A stretch of DNA of 64,000 nucleotides from Leucoraja erinacea (GCF_028641065.1 NC_073395.1:32860001-32924000), one strand, 5' to 3'; counted from the first letter of the stretch, positions 56,901-62,859 are shown. The notes: generated by a model not told the origin, from the sequence alone. Numbers and translations are program-made.

Positions 56901-59900
56901 TAAATGATTTGGATTGCCAATAACCTAACAAATAACCTAATTAAAAATATACATTTTCCATTACTACAAGAATAATTACTCAATAGCAAAAAATGTCATG
57001 CTAAATAGTTTTTTTGTTTTATATAATGGTAAATAAAAGCATGCCGTAAAAAACTCATACTTACAAGTAGTAAATGATTTGCTGTCTTGGATTTTCCCAC
57101 TGGTCACTGATTTTATAATAAAATAATAGCTAATATCTTCCTGAAGGTCATCCAAACTGACACTTGATCCCTGAACAGATCTCTGAACAGCAGGAAGTAA
57201 GTAGCAATAGTAGTTATAAAGAGAGAGTCCTTAGCTTTGGGGGAGACTATCCTTAAAAAGATCTTGTTTAATATTTGATGAGCATGAAATAATAAATGAA
57301 CTCATTTTGACTCCAATGTATACACAATTGTTCACCTTTATTTGATTCCAATCTAAACACATTTTTCATTTAACATTAATTTTGGTAACTTACATCTTTT
57401 AATTGTGCATTTTTTAGTGACAATGTATTTGATGTATCATAATATCTACTTTTGTTTTAACTTGATAGTCAATAACCAAGCTAAATCCAGAAGAAAACAT
57501 TGCTCTCCGAATTTAAAGTGAAATGATGTGATTTTCTTCCTGGAATATGTGTGCTCCTGTATAAGCATCTCACAATCTCAAACCAAAATAAGATGTAATT
57601 ATGGACACAAAGAGCTGGAGTGGGACACGCAGCGTCTCTGAAGAGAAGGAATGGGTGATGTTTCGGGTCGAGGCCCTTCTTCAGACCAGAGTCTCGGTCA
57701 CGACCCGAAACGTCACCCATCCCTTCTCTCCAGAGATGCTGCATACCCTGCAGATTTACTCCAGTTTTTTGTGTTTATCTTTGGTTTAAATCCGCATCAG
57801 CAGTTCCTTCCTACACATAAGATGTAATTATGTTACTGAACTCACCACAGTACTGGAAAAATGTGGAGACAATGTTCCATATGTGATCAAGTAACTGTCT
57901 GCATGTTTTCCATCTGGGAAATGATTCCATTCGACCAACGCAGTTAGTGCCGATCTATTCGTAGCCAACTGGCAATTTAAGCAATCCGTCACCTGAAAAA
58001 TATGTGTTATTTGGATCTTTATCAGGTTACGCAGTGATATTTGACTATAATATACTCTTTTTCAACTATCTCTAATTTTGTATGATTACTATTATTTTTG
58101 TACCATTACAACTGCATGTACTGTTTCTCTCTTCTTCTACTAGTGAAGCTGGATGATAAGACATGAAATGGTGCCTGATCCCATTTCATTCCACACACAT
58201 TTCAAATTGAAATGAATGAAATTGTGGTATAGTGTGCAAGACCATCTGCGTACGAGGTCCACGTAGCTCAAAAATAGATTTAAATTCTTCTCCAGAGCAT
58301 TCAATGGAGGTGCTTTTTAGCCTGAAATTATTTTGAGTGGCTCTTCACCAGAACCAGGAAGCTGTCCACACCTTTCTTGAAGTGATTTATGTGTACACAC
58401 TTGAATGGTTTCAGGAAACATTACCACATTTGGCATCTTGCTTCTCATGATCATTATCTTCCAGATCCTTGTTTATGCTGCAGGTTTCTTGGTTCCGTAT
58501 TAACAATATTCAAATATTCTAAAAGAACGTCCTCCAGCAGTCCATTCCATAATCTTTCAGTGGTTATTTAGGAATAGCTGTGCTGCAGTCCCATTTTGGA
58601 CATGTCCCATTCCGGCATGCTGGATTCATTGAGCTTTACTGTATTTTGAGCTAAGATTTTGAGGATAGGCTATAAAGTCTGTATTGGAAAAGCTTGAAAT
58701 TCAAATATGGATTCATATCAGCCCAAGCCACACAAGGAATATTCGTACTCTTGGTTGAATACTGGGTCCCACTGCATCAGTATTAATATCTCTATCAATG
58801 TCACGGGTAAATCATCCTCAATGCTAATCCTAGTTTTGGTTCACCAATCCTATTAATTAATCTGCTGTCGCATTCCATTTAATATTTAATATTCAATATT
58901 GTAATAATATCAGGACGGGAGACTAGCTCTGCACTGTTCCATCATAGGAAGTGCAGATATGGGTCCAAGAATGGTCAGTGATTATTCAGAAGCTTTTCAC
59001 GGCTAATTTTTCAAATTAACTGTTATTTCGGGTAAAGCAATAATCTGCTATCCAAATCTTTAGAAATTTTGCTGTGCATCATCTGGCCATCAGCCTTTCC
59101 CCATAGGTGCTAAATCCCATGCTCTCTTCAATTTCATTCTAGATTAGTACAGGTGTCAGAGGTTATGGGGAGCAGGCAGAAGAATGGGGTTAGGAGGGAG
59201 AGATAGATCAGCCATGATTGAATGGCGGAGTAGACTTGATGGGGCAAATTCTATTCCGATCACATGACCTTAAGACCTTATGACCTCTTTGAGACAATGG
59301 AACCCCGTATTCTGTACTCACTTGAAACTCAGCAAGTTTCTGGAAAAGTTGTTTGGGTCCCTGATTAGTAAACAGGGTGGATGTGTAGGGACAAGTGTAC
59401 TGTTGCAGGGGAAAGTGCCTGCGGTGGGTGAGAGAGGAGAGAACCAGGGGTTTATGGAGAATGTGGTCTTTGCGGAAAGCAGATCAGTGTAGGGAGGGGG
59501 CCAATGTGATGGGTGGTCGCATTGCAGCTAAGGGAAATGGTGAAGAATGATATGTTAGATGTGAAGGCTGGTGGAATGAAAGGTTTGAACCAGGGGTCTC
59601 TATCTGTCTGTGGAGAGGTAGAGTGATAACAGATGTAGAGGAAGGCAACATCAATCTACATCATGGAATCCTTATTTACTGAAGAAAGTAGATATTTTCG
59701 ATGTCCTGGAGTGAAAAGCCTCATCTCGACAACACATGGAGTCAGGGTGAGAAACTCTAGGAAGGGATGATGCCAGGAAGATGGGACAGGAAGAGGTGTA
59801 GTCCAGTTAGCTCTGTGACTTAGTGTGCTTGGAGTAAACGTAGGGGAGAGTTTGTTTTCTGAGATGAAGACTGAGAGCTGAAGAAAGGGGACAGAGGTGT

Positions 59901-60281
59901 CAGAATTGGTCCAAGTGAATTTGAGGGCTCCTTACAACAGACAGGATGGGAAAGGATACATTCTCAGTAACTGTGGAGTCGGTCTGTTTGTAGCACCTTA
60001 CAGGATGGGAAGCGGTTGATGTCACAAACATCCAATTAGTTCAGTATATCGAAAAATTACCTTGAAACTAATATTCTTTGCAGATTTATTTTTAACATGA
60101 GCAGTACAAAATGACATAATCCATTATACATCTCACAACCATGTTAATATTCAATACATAATAATTAGAATCAAAAGTACATACTCTATGATCTTACCTG
60201 AAATGCACTCCTTAGAATATTTAAGAATATACAAATATATATGGCTCCATCCAATTTGGTACTTCTTTTATTCTGCTCCAT
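2774..60281 (-). CDS. PTPRQ: PTPRQ (R3 receptor-type phosphatase / phosphatidylinositol phosphatase), 5' multi-exon portion including a putative long N-terminal extension; gene continues beyond the left edge
   Basis: Chain of GT-AG exons with matching phases. Exons 26156..2774 translate to segments matching the recalled human PTPRQ N-terminus (e.g. WNIPSQTNGRILSYMVEYKEVCP, VAAENSAGIG, PEEPPQN..WDPPPTITGRLFYRVEL). Confidence 0.85.
3547..3675 (-). CDS. PTPRQ: PTPRQ exon, N-terminal half of an FN3 repeat
   Basis: 129 nt, phase 1-1, ttgcag/gtaagt. Encodes PEEPPQNLIVSKIASRSFMVNWDPPPTITGRLFYRVELVNPL. Confidence 0.93.
5996..6233 (-). CDS. PTPRQ: PTPRQ exon, Ser/Thr/Pro-rich insert plus FN3 C-terminal strands
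   Basis: 238 nt, phase 0-1, gtag/gtgagt. Encodes DGSPTGTTPGSLTSSSP...VVGHLKSYTTYLCEVSAFTKEGEG...FRTPEW. Confidence 0.9.
6469..6778. mobile_element. PIF/Harbinger-type MITE
   Basis: About 45-bp TIRs agggcctgtcccactgtacgaggtaattcaagag.../...gtacagtgggacagaccct; TTA TSD. Confidence 0.85.
7090..7405 (-). mobile_element. HE1/V-SINE-like element
   Basis: Reverse-orientation homolog of 53025-53255; a further degraded copy lies at about 7720-8030. Confidence 0.72.
8180..8712 (-). mobile_element. Penelope-like 3' fragment
   Basis: Same GIY-YIG C-terminal coding remnant and 3' repeat as 23010-23780. Confidence 0.8.
8954..9153 (-). CDS. PTPRQ: PTPRQ exon, FN3 N-terminal part (not in ORF track)
   Basis: 200 nt, phase 1-0, cctag/gtaagt. 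Encodes PGQVLSLTAKAVNHSAANVTWFLPKRPNGRITHFSIIIKSVRTGQISKNMSVNGETLFPSTLLQCE. Confidence 0.93.
9750..10245 (-). mobile_element. Penelope-like 3' fragment
   Basis: ORF remnant VAKHFNSPSHSHTDLSALDLLHCQSEATNKLEEQHLIF. Confidence 0.8.
12289..12358 (-). CDS. PTPRQ: PTPRQ small exon, end of an FN3 repeat
   Basis: 70 nt, phase 0-1, ttag/gtgagt. Encodes VAAENSAGIGAFSSFRHVVTAET. Confidence 0.92.
13155..13655 (+). mobile_element. GC-rich retroelement-like 3' fragment
   Basis: CpG-rich core, G-rich tract, atgtgacaataaag(attca)n tail. Confidence 0.6.
14000..14290 (-). mobile_element. CR1 LINE 3' end
   Basis: TRGHSLRIRGKPFRTETRKHFFSQ and (ctattgt)n tail; the same tail occurs at 24268-24420. Confidence 0.85.
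14911..15137 (-). CDS. PTPRQ: PTPRQ exon (mammalian exon 3 equivalent), FN3
   Basis: 227 nt, phase 1-0, aacag/gtaaga. Encodes AVSPDALAVGLIGATAIMLTWNIPSQTNGRILSYMVEYKEVCP...LKPGTTYKIR. Confidence 0.94.
15490..15820 (+). mobile_element. Old L2-like RT remnant
   Basis: TKTALL...LLVLPKLTAALDTTDHTI resembles L2 TETALL..LVLLDLSAAFDTVDH. Confidence 0.6.
16120..16455 (-). mobile_element. tRNA-derived SINE with L2-like tail
   Basis: A/B-box-like tggtgcaatgggctaag and ggttcgaatccc, core gtccttgggcaagacactt, (att)n tail. Confidence 0.8.
16537..16916. mobile_element. PIF/Harbinger-type MITE, related to 6469-6778
   Basis: Long TIRs agggcctgtcccacttt.../...aaagtgggacaggccct; TTA/TAA flanks. Confidence 0.85.
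17409..18635 (+). CDS. DIRS ORF1 (gag-like)
   Basis: Open ~408-aa ORF from ATG 17409 directly before pol. Low-complexity N-terminus, then PQNCEAL..VN..IW and LLFG motifs typical of DIRS ORF1. Confidence 0.85.
   Translation: MASRKRPARRTACPTPPEEGSISGRQPPAAEELFRRSRTPEAEPLPVPPITTPRTGRKATRKSDRPVISDSSEERERSPPVKRGDSRISCMRQLLEQMLDEEMRARHLQGGRALASSKPSPHPSVPSLFEGSKGGQDWAGLSQGQADDSTSMPGELEKEELLGVVSRYAVPPTAGMILPPRMAASIINLSNKPLQEKVVQAALDTYTAPQNCEALRVKTVNGQIWNQLGQQIRTQEVKMQRILKLHTAAITAFARSVGDAELSTPQQDVLALMCNTQYELNNLRRENIRPALNPKYAGLCKAPAPEREALLFGADLAKKLKELEEAAKPVGLMRAAPGPSRVKTPSWQHASASTSRYRAGESLVTASHYPQSSFLERGPGRSRGKIRRPTAAPTRTPSGQTHRKRSQK
18638..20131 (+). pseudogene. DIRS pol (RT-RNase H-methyltransferase-like), disabled by a stop at 19184-19186 and loss of the RT catalytic core
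   Basis: RT start (FVSNIFL..KK.GGCRIIIDL, ASIDIKDAYY) present; LPxGL and YxDD absent. RNase H (TDASALGWG, INYLE, DNTTA, NSVAD) and MT-like (DLFAS, YAFPPF, VVPDW) motifs follow in the same frame. Confidence 0.9.
19993..21102 (+). CDS. DIRS tyrosine recombinase (true start uncertain)
   Basis: Intact ORF with catalytic R (AQRVQSL), HSTR, AGW and Y (TFQKFY) motifs; overlaps the 3' end of pol. Confidence 0.93.
   Translation: MVPNFPRHGGRVTYGFSQPPTIIDSPSIWHKPSMPPKIEPPGFQILNRPYQGLGLSERTITTMSASLRVSTKKQYLTYIRKWEQYCLNAGTSYKTASIKDVLEFLGHLHHDLKMSYSAINAARSALSAYLMPSGHHNIGSHPLVIKLLKGIYNTKPPTPRYTHVWDVSVVLQHLRGWPPVGSLSLEQSTIKTLMLMALVSAQRVQSLHQLRLDYMVTTPDSITFTMPGLVKQSRPGISNSPLIFRAYPPEPRLCVVTHLHDYIDTTQTLRGSEKALWVSHRKPFGRVTSQTISRWLKQVLNTAGINTNVFKSHSTRAASTSAAIRMQVPIDHILSTAGWSRESTFQKFYHKPLMEKDVFAAKILESAKL
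21265..21376 (+). repeat. DIRS internal complementary region (ICR)
   Basis: First part is the reverse complement of the element's 5' end (about 17228-17263). Second part is the reverse complement of the 3' end (about 21513-21591, one mismatch). Confidence 0.93.
21483..21591 (+). repeat. DIRS right inverted terminal repeat plus 3' extension
   Basis: atgccgcgcctgcgcgctgggtgggttcttcacgta is the reverse complement of about 17255-17290. Confidence 0.9.
21600..21837. mobile_element. Short Penelope-derived insertion with inverted structure
   Basis: Same repeat family in both orientations; right flank taattaatcatgtaag duplicates the reconstructed left flank. Confidence 0.75.
23010..23780 (-). mobile_element. 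Penelope-like element fragment with GIY-YIG endonuclease remnant
   Basis: YCIRCSR..LLY..RLDDRFADHL..VAKHFNSPSHS..LEEQLLIFCLGSLQP, followed by the family 3' repeat. Confidence 0.85.
24570..25372 (-). mobile_element. CR1 LINE 3' fragment
   Basis: LYKVLVRPHLEYC, LERVHRRFTRMIP, YSLEFRRLR, TRGHSLRIKG, RRNFFSQR..LWN. Confidence 0.9.
25746..25854 (-). CDS. PTPRQ: PTPRQ exon (mammalian exon 2 equivalent), C-terminal half FN3
   Basis: 109 nt, phase 0-1, ttccag/gtaagt. Encodes ADLFDVTPGIKYTATVSSVSSSFSKSVSRSFTTNET, like human VDVSNVVPGTRYDITISSIS. Confidence 0.92.
26097..26156 (-). CDS. PTPRQ: PTPRQ signal-peptide exon of the short (mammalian-type) isoform
   Basis: ATG at 26156, MKLLFILSFTAFIFGTARTK, then phase-0 donor gtactc. 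Resembles human MDFLIIFLLLFIGTSETQ. Confidence 0.85.
26516..26676 (-). CDS. PTPRQ: Linking exon of the long isoform: N-terminal half FN3, phase 0 into PTPRQ exon 2
   Basis: 161 nt, phase 1-0, polyT-caag acceptor, gtgtga donor. Encodes HENPQMLEVSNISARGFTLHWRGPAGNDVHYKVDLIPDQGSVNITNMGDGSFK. Confidence 0.82.
27613..29042. mobile_element. Non-autonomous hAT-type transposon with a large internal inverted repeat
   Basis: TIR caggcacgtgccgt / acggcacgtgcctg; perfect 8-bp TSD gcacaaac (27605-27612, 29043-29050). Confidence 0.88.
29819..29984 (-). CDS. FN3 C-terminal half exon (PTPRQ N-terminal extension)
   Basis: 166 nt, phase 0-1, acacag/gtaaga. Encodes LSYYSPGINETTDRTTLRGNNIKINDLIPGIEYVFQIKTVKGMDASEGIQKRLKT. 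Confidence 0.88.
30923..31020 (-). CDS. FN3 N-terminal half exon (extension)
   Basis: 98 nt, phase 1-0, ccctag/gtaagt. Encodes PEPPVDLQFVELDENTVYLYWKLPRGDFDIFE. Confidence 0.88.
31690..32045 (+). mobile_element. Rex1/Babar LINE 3' fragment
   Basis: DPFHPCNGLFQLRRSGKRLR...RLRRSFFPEAIR; tgacaaataaa(cttga)n tail. Confidence 0.8.
32060..32760 (+). mobile_element. Degraded CR1 RT fragment with nested Penelope repeat
   Basis: VLGPLLFVVYINDLD..FAD-like and LYNKLVRPHLEYC motifs. Confidence 0.75.
32894..33000 (-). CDS. FN3 C-terminal half exon (extension)
   Basis: 107 nt, phase 2-1, gtgcag/gtgagt. Encodes TYHYDKLMPGIAYSITIETTSATKKSYPTTITITT. Confidence 0.87.
33590..34215 (-). mobile_element. Penelope-like 3' fragment
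   Basis: Same GIY-YIG C-terminal segment and 3' repeat. Confidence 0.75.
34878..35980 (+). mobile_element. GC-rich non-autonomous retroelement-like insertion carrying the minisatellite
   Basis: T-rich tract, poly-G, CpG-rich core, (caaatt)n tail; abrupt composition change from the intron. Confidence 0.6.
35274..35690. repeat. 21-bp GC-rich minisatellite
   Basis: Unit gcgggactcggagctggggca; about a dozen near-perfect consecutive copies plus degenerate flanking units. Confidence 0.95.
36490..36872 (-). mobile_element. Penelope-like 3' fragment with intact hammerhead-like motif
   Basis: PVAQHFNSPSHSVSDLSVLGLLHGHSEQHRKLEEQHLIFRLGSLHPGGMNIEFS, then CTGAAGAAGGGTTTCGGCCCGAAACGTT. Confidence 0.85.
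36553..36586 (-). ncRNA. Minimal hammerhead-ribozyme-like motif (Penelope-associated)
   Basis: CUGAAGA, extra A, GGG..CCC stem II, GAAA, CG, UH. Confidence 0.6.
37182..37335 (-). CDS. FN3 N-terminal half exon (extension)
   Basis: 154 nt, phase 1-2, ttttag/gtaaga. Encodes PSPVEYLNYNKTSDSITLSWPEAVYVFDGYNLTVSSKSMHHVVEIPFTRS. Confidence 0.88.
38881..39010 (-). CDS. FN3 C-terminal half exon (extension)
   Basis: 130 nt, phase 0-1, tttcag/gtaagg. Encodes VQKVKREHIVFTKLTPGKLYNISLRTEKENYQDSIPVSQLIRT. Confidence 0.89.
39268..39398 (-). CDS. FN3 N-terminal half exon (extension)
   Basis: 131 nt, phase 1-0, tatag/gtaacc. Encodes LGPPTNLREGKVTETSLELLWDKAEGHFNQYEVICINCDRQLV. Confidence 0.89.
42384..42835. 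repeat. Tandem duplication (~205 bp) including an exon 3' end and its donor
   Basis: 42384-42588 is nearly identical to 42627-42835 (4-bp indel). Confidence 0.92.
42773..43033 (-). CDS. Single-exon FN3 repeat (extension)
   Basis: 261 nt, phase 1-1, tttcag/gtaagt. Encodes PLPVVIAFPIDIQTHSTALYVVMP...IEKLTPGEEYKFAVHSSSG...VKT. Confidence 0.88.
43420..43799. mobile_element. PIF/Harbinger-type MITE
   Basis: TIRs agcccctgtcccactt.../...aagtgggacaggggct; TAA TSD on both sides. Confidence 0.85.
44082..44903 (-). mobile_element. GC-rich non-autonomous retroelement-like insertion
   Basis: Same layout as 34878-35980; aatgacaattaaa(tcttgta)n tail; possible gaataca TSD. Confidence 0.6.
45523..45976. 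mobile_element. Solo LTR (Gypsy-like)
   Basis: Termini tatcag...ctgaca (TG..CA with one change); 5-bp TSD atacg; no internal ORF. Confidence 0.75.
46710..47420 (-). mobile_element. L2 LINE 3' fragment
   Basis: FISSRLDHCNSL, LQLVQNAAAR, LASLHWLPV, GDRAFAV..LWNSIP; (ttgac)n tail. Confidence 0.9.
47864..48136 (-). CDS. Single-exon FN3 repeat (extension)
   Basis: 273 nt, phase 1-1, cctag/gtaagt. Encodes PSPPASIYIDNADVWENTMIVHWEPP...MIPGATYDIEVMAVRSGKRS. Confidence 0.9.
48413..48549. mobile_element. Short Penelope-derived inverted insertion next to an exon donor
   Basis: 12-bp TSD ttgaaaatagtg; internal inverted repeat. Confidence 0.75.
48572..48856 (-). CDS. Single-exon FN3 repeat (extension)
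   Basis: 285 nt, phase 1-1, aatag/gtacag. Encodes PNPPQNLTLGELTSSEIQLLWGPP...LQNLRPFRSYEIYIQAVT. Confidence 0.9.
48875..50010 (-). mobile_element. Degraded Rex1/Babar LINE with nested Penelope repeat
   Basis: KEMIVDFRK, ESVLTGC...YG, PGHSLFSLLLSGKR..LKNSFFP motifs. Confidence 0.8.
50444..50734 (-). CDS. Single-exon FN3 repeat (extension)
   Basis: 291 nt, phase 1-1, tttcag/gtaagt. Encodes LILPKTIKLKSEDVRENEATIIWD...ISELKPGHHYYFALM. Confidence 0.88.
51575..51870 (+). mobile_element. CR1/L2-group LINE 3' end
   Basis: YSNSFLPRTIKAWNSL motif and (aagaacc)-like tail. Confidence 0.6.
52165..52520 (-). mobile_element. Penelope-like 3' fragment
   Basis: HFIFCLGSLQPAGMNLDFSHF remnant plus 3' repeat. 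Confidence 0.78.
52600..52780 (-). CDS. C-type lectin domain, C-terminal exon (extension)
   Basis: 181 nt, phase 0-1, tctcag/gtaatt. Encodes IENELQWTDKS...DSDCYAL...LFCFLALPYICEHE (CTLD motifs W-x-D, C, C-x6-YICE). Confidence 0.88.
53025..53255 (+). mobile_element. HE1/V-SINE-like element (interrupted by a Penelope repeat)
   Basis: tRNA-like head, then V-domain-like tgcacattctccctgtgacc..ggtttcctctgggtgctccagttt..ccacacatcccaaag. Confidence 0.75.
53640..54560 (+). mobile_element. Degraded CR1 3' fragment (interrupted by hAT MITE)
   Basis: LYK.LV..HLEFCVQFW.P and later CR1 C-terminal motifs. Confidence 0.75.
54105..54466. mobile_element. hAT/Charlie-like MITE nested in a CR1 fragment
   Basis: TIR cagtggttcccaac / gttgggaaccactg; 8-bp TSD gtctagag / gtctacag. 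Confidence 0.85.
55254..55549 (-). CDS. C-type lectin domain, N-terminal exon (extension); alternative in-frame acceptor possible at 55471
   Basis: 296 nt, phase 1-0, ttgcag/gtaagt. Encodes CPPGWIGSFYSCYWI...WKDASQFC...HLVDINTEEEFQFI...LWTGLND. Confidence 0.88.
55850..56235 (+). mobile_element. Penelope-like 3' fragment
   Basis: Pyrimidine-rich tract followed by ctgaagaagggtcctgaccaaaaac and the family tail. Confidence 0.7.
56510..56767 (-). CDS. Divergent FN3 exon (extension)
   Basis: 258 nt, phase 1-1, tttcag/gtacga. Encodes LYGEAGFKTTISTTTASFDWS...WNELKPGTLYNFSLEF. Confidence 0.85.
57065..57182 (-). CDS. FN3-like C-terminal half exon (extension)
   Basis: 118 nt, phase 0-1, gttcag/gtaagt. 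Encodes RSVQGSSVSLDDLQEDISYYFIIKSVTSGKIQDSKSFTT. Confidence 0.8.
57604..57816. mobile_element. Short Penelope-derived insertion with inverted structure
   Basis: Two oppositely oriented copies of the 3' repeat; 16-bp TSD ataagatgtaattatg. Confidence 0.8.
57846..57992 (-). CDS. FN3-like N-terminal half exon (extension)
   Basis: 147 nt, phase 0-0, tttcag/gtgagt. Encodes VTDCLNCQLATNRSALTALVEWNHFPDGKHADSYLITYGTLSPHFSSTV. Confidence 0.8.
58145..58790 (-). mobile_element. Highly degraded Gypsy integrase remnant
   Basis: FKSIFELRGPRTQMVLHTIPQFHSFQFEMCVE*NGIRHHF.SYHPAS resembles the integrase core IF..G.P..IVSDNGPQF.S.EF....NGI.H....YHPAS. Confidence 0.55.
60198..60281 (-). CDS. Putative first coding exon of the long isoform (signal peptide)
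   Basis: gacATGG Kozak context with an upstream in-frame stop. Encodes MEQNKRSTKLDGAIYICIFLNILRSAFQ, then donor CAG/gtaaga in phase 0 matching the next exon. Confidence 0.72.
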
Positions 60282-60509
60282 GTCATATTTAACTTCTCGG
60301 TTGAATGTGCGTTTTCTCCTCCAGGAACATGTTGTAAAAGATTAAGCACTCCTGCACAAGGATAAGCCATCTTAAAGATCCCGGTTTTCTGAGGCAGACT
60401 ATATGTAGACTAAAATACTTTGGGATGTACAACCCACAATTATATGTATAATTAACATCTAATTAACATACAGATATCAAACAAAGCTTTGTACTCATAG
60501 TTAAGATAG

Positions 60510-61010
60510 TTATAGAGTCATGGAATCATACAGCCTGGAAACAGCCCCTTCAGCCCATCTCATCCATGCTGACCAAGTTGCTCCACCTAAGCTATTCCCA
60601 TTTTCTGCATTTGGCACATATCCCTCCAAACTTTTCTTATCCATGTACCTGACCAAGTGTCTTTTAAATATTATTGCATCTGCCTCAACTACTTCCTCTA
60701 ACAGCTCATTCCATATACCCACCAGCCTTTTAGTTAAAAAGTTGCCCCTCGGGTTCCTCTTAAATCTTGCTCCTCTCACCTTAAAACTATATCCTCTGGT
60801 TCTTGATACCTCTACCCTGGTAAAAAATAAAACTGTGCACATTCACCTTATCAATTCCCCTTGTGATTTTAAACACCTCTGTAAGATCACCTCTTAGTCC
60901 CGTACACTCTAAGGAATACATTCTTAGCATGCCCAATCTCTCCCTTTAGTTCAAGCTCCCAAGTCTTAGCAACATCCTCATAAATCTTTCCCGTACTCGT
61001 TCCAATTTGG
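60510..61010 (-). mobile_element. CR1 LINE 3' fragment
   Basis: SRTRGYSFKVRGARFKRNPRGNFLTKRLVGIWNEL and tatgactc tail. Confidence 0.85.
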
Positions 61011-62556
61011 ACTTCTCTGCTCTCTTTCCAGCATACAGATATTTAACAGACAAATACTTGTTTGATTCTATGCACAGGAAGACTACATTTGGCCCATTAA
61101 GTCTGCACCAGTTACAGAGCTACTGACCTTTCAGTCCCCTTCCCTCGACTCATAGTATCCACATTCATAAATATCCCATTCCTTTCTGAAGGCACTGATT
61201 GATTCTGAACCCATTATATTTTGGAGTAATTGAATTCCCCATCAGAAGTTTTCCATCATTTTAACCTCATATCTTTGATGTCTGAACCATACACCAATGA
61301 AAGAGCTCCGCCTGTTCATATTCACTGAACATTTTCAAATTATTAACTCCAAGTCACATCATCGAGTATTGAATTGGGATACCGCCCTTCAGTGGATTAT
61401 CTTGCATTTGTTTTTTTCTTTAAACATGCTTTCTCTGCTTAAATGTGTGGTGTATTAAAGTGTTCTAGTTGCTTGTAATGAATACTTGTTCAATGTCCTC
61501 TGTAGAAGGATAGTTCCACAGCATGACAAGTATTCATTACAACCAGATATCTGCCTTTCTGAAAGATGCAATTTTGTATGTTTAACAAATTCTATAACAA
61601 TCTGTCCAAGTATACTCTAAATCCATCACTTTTAGTAAAAACAGATGCTGGAGGAGCTCAGGGAGTCAGGTAGCATCAAAGGAGGTGGAACAGAAACTAT
61701 CCCCCTACCTCCACAGATGCTGCCTGGCCTGCTGAGTTCCTCTAGCGGGTTTGGTTTTTTTCTTTTGGCTCCAGAATGCAGCATGTGCCGTATTTTGTGT
61801 CTTCCCTTTACTGGGTTGTTGGGGACTAATCCTTGGCAAGTTAAATAACGACATTAACACCAGGTCGCGTTCCTGTGCTGCAATGGTTACGTTGGTGTAA
61901 TCTGTAAATTACTTGGCGCAGTGTGAAGTCATGTAATTCCACAGTTGAAACCGCATTCCTGAAGTGCACGGGGAAGAGCGAACATGTTGCAAAGTCAGTG
62001 TGTTCTGGTCATACAGTAACTTGAGGAAGATAGAACATGTATCTAGGTGGTCAGGAAGCATCACGGACCGGCTAAAAATACATCCGATGCCACACTTGTA
62101 GGGACATGTCTGTACAGTTTATAAATTTAAAAACAATGTTAAGTGTATTTAACAGTAAACGCACACCGGATACTAACTAAACATCCCTCACTCTACACTT
62201 GAATGTGTCAATTCAGTCGCAATTGAGAGCTGTAACTTAGTGCCAGGCAGTGTTATTGCAGAATATGGAGAAAGATGCATGTTGCACTATAGTTATCAAG
62301 TCGCATCTTTCAGTTTGTTGTTTATTATTAATTCCGAGGTATTTTGGGCGCGAAAATTCCACAGCGGGCGGAATAAATGAAGGTTATGTGTAGGAAGGAA
62401 CTGCAGATCAGATGCTGGTTTACACCTAGGATCGACACCCGCTGAGTAATTAAATGAAGGTTAGACCCAAAATGCTGGAGTAACTCACTCAGCGGGTCAG
62501 GCAGCATCTCTGGAGAGAAGGGATTCCAGCATTTTGTGTCTATCTTCGATTTAAAC

Positions 62557-62588
62557 CAAAGATACTAGAGGATCCTCTAGTATCTTTG
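62557..62588. mobile_element. 32-bp perfect palindrome with 8-bp TSD (minimal hAT-like insertion)
   Basis: caaagatactagaggatcctctagtatctttg flanked by atttaaac on both sides. Confidence 0.7.
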
Positions 62589-62859
62589 ATTTAAACCAGC
62601 ATCTGCAGTTCGTTCCTGCACTTAAATGAAGGTTAAACTGATTTACCTGCCACGGGGAGAAGAGTCTGCGATCGGGAACAGACCTCCCTCTTCCACGCAA
62701 GAATTTAATGCTCCGGGTTCTCTCCTTGTCTCCGGGCCACCGAACAATTCACAAGCACAGCCCCCCTCGCTGGCTCTGGATCATCGCAGCCCACTCCTGT
62801 GTTCCGCAAGGATGGTATTGCCGTGGGGACAGCGGCCGGGGCGGGCTTGGCTGATACCT

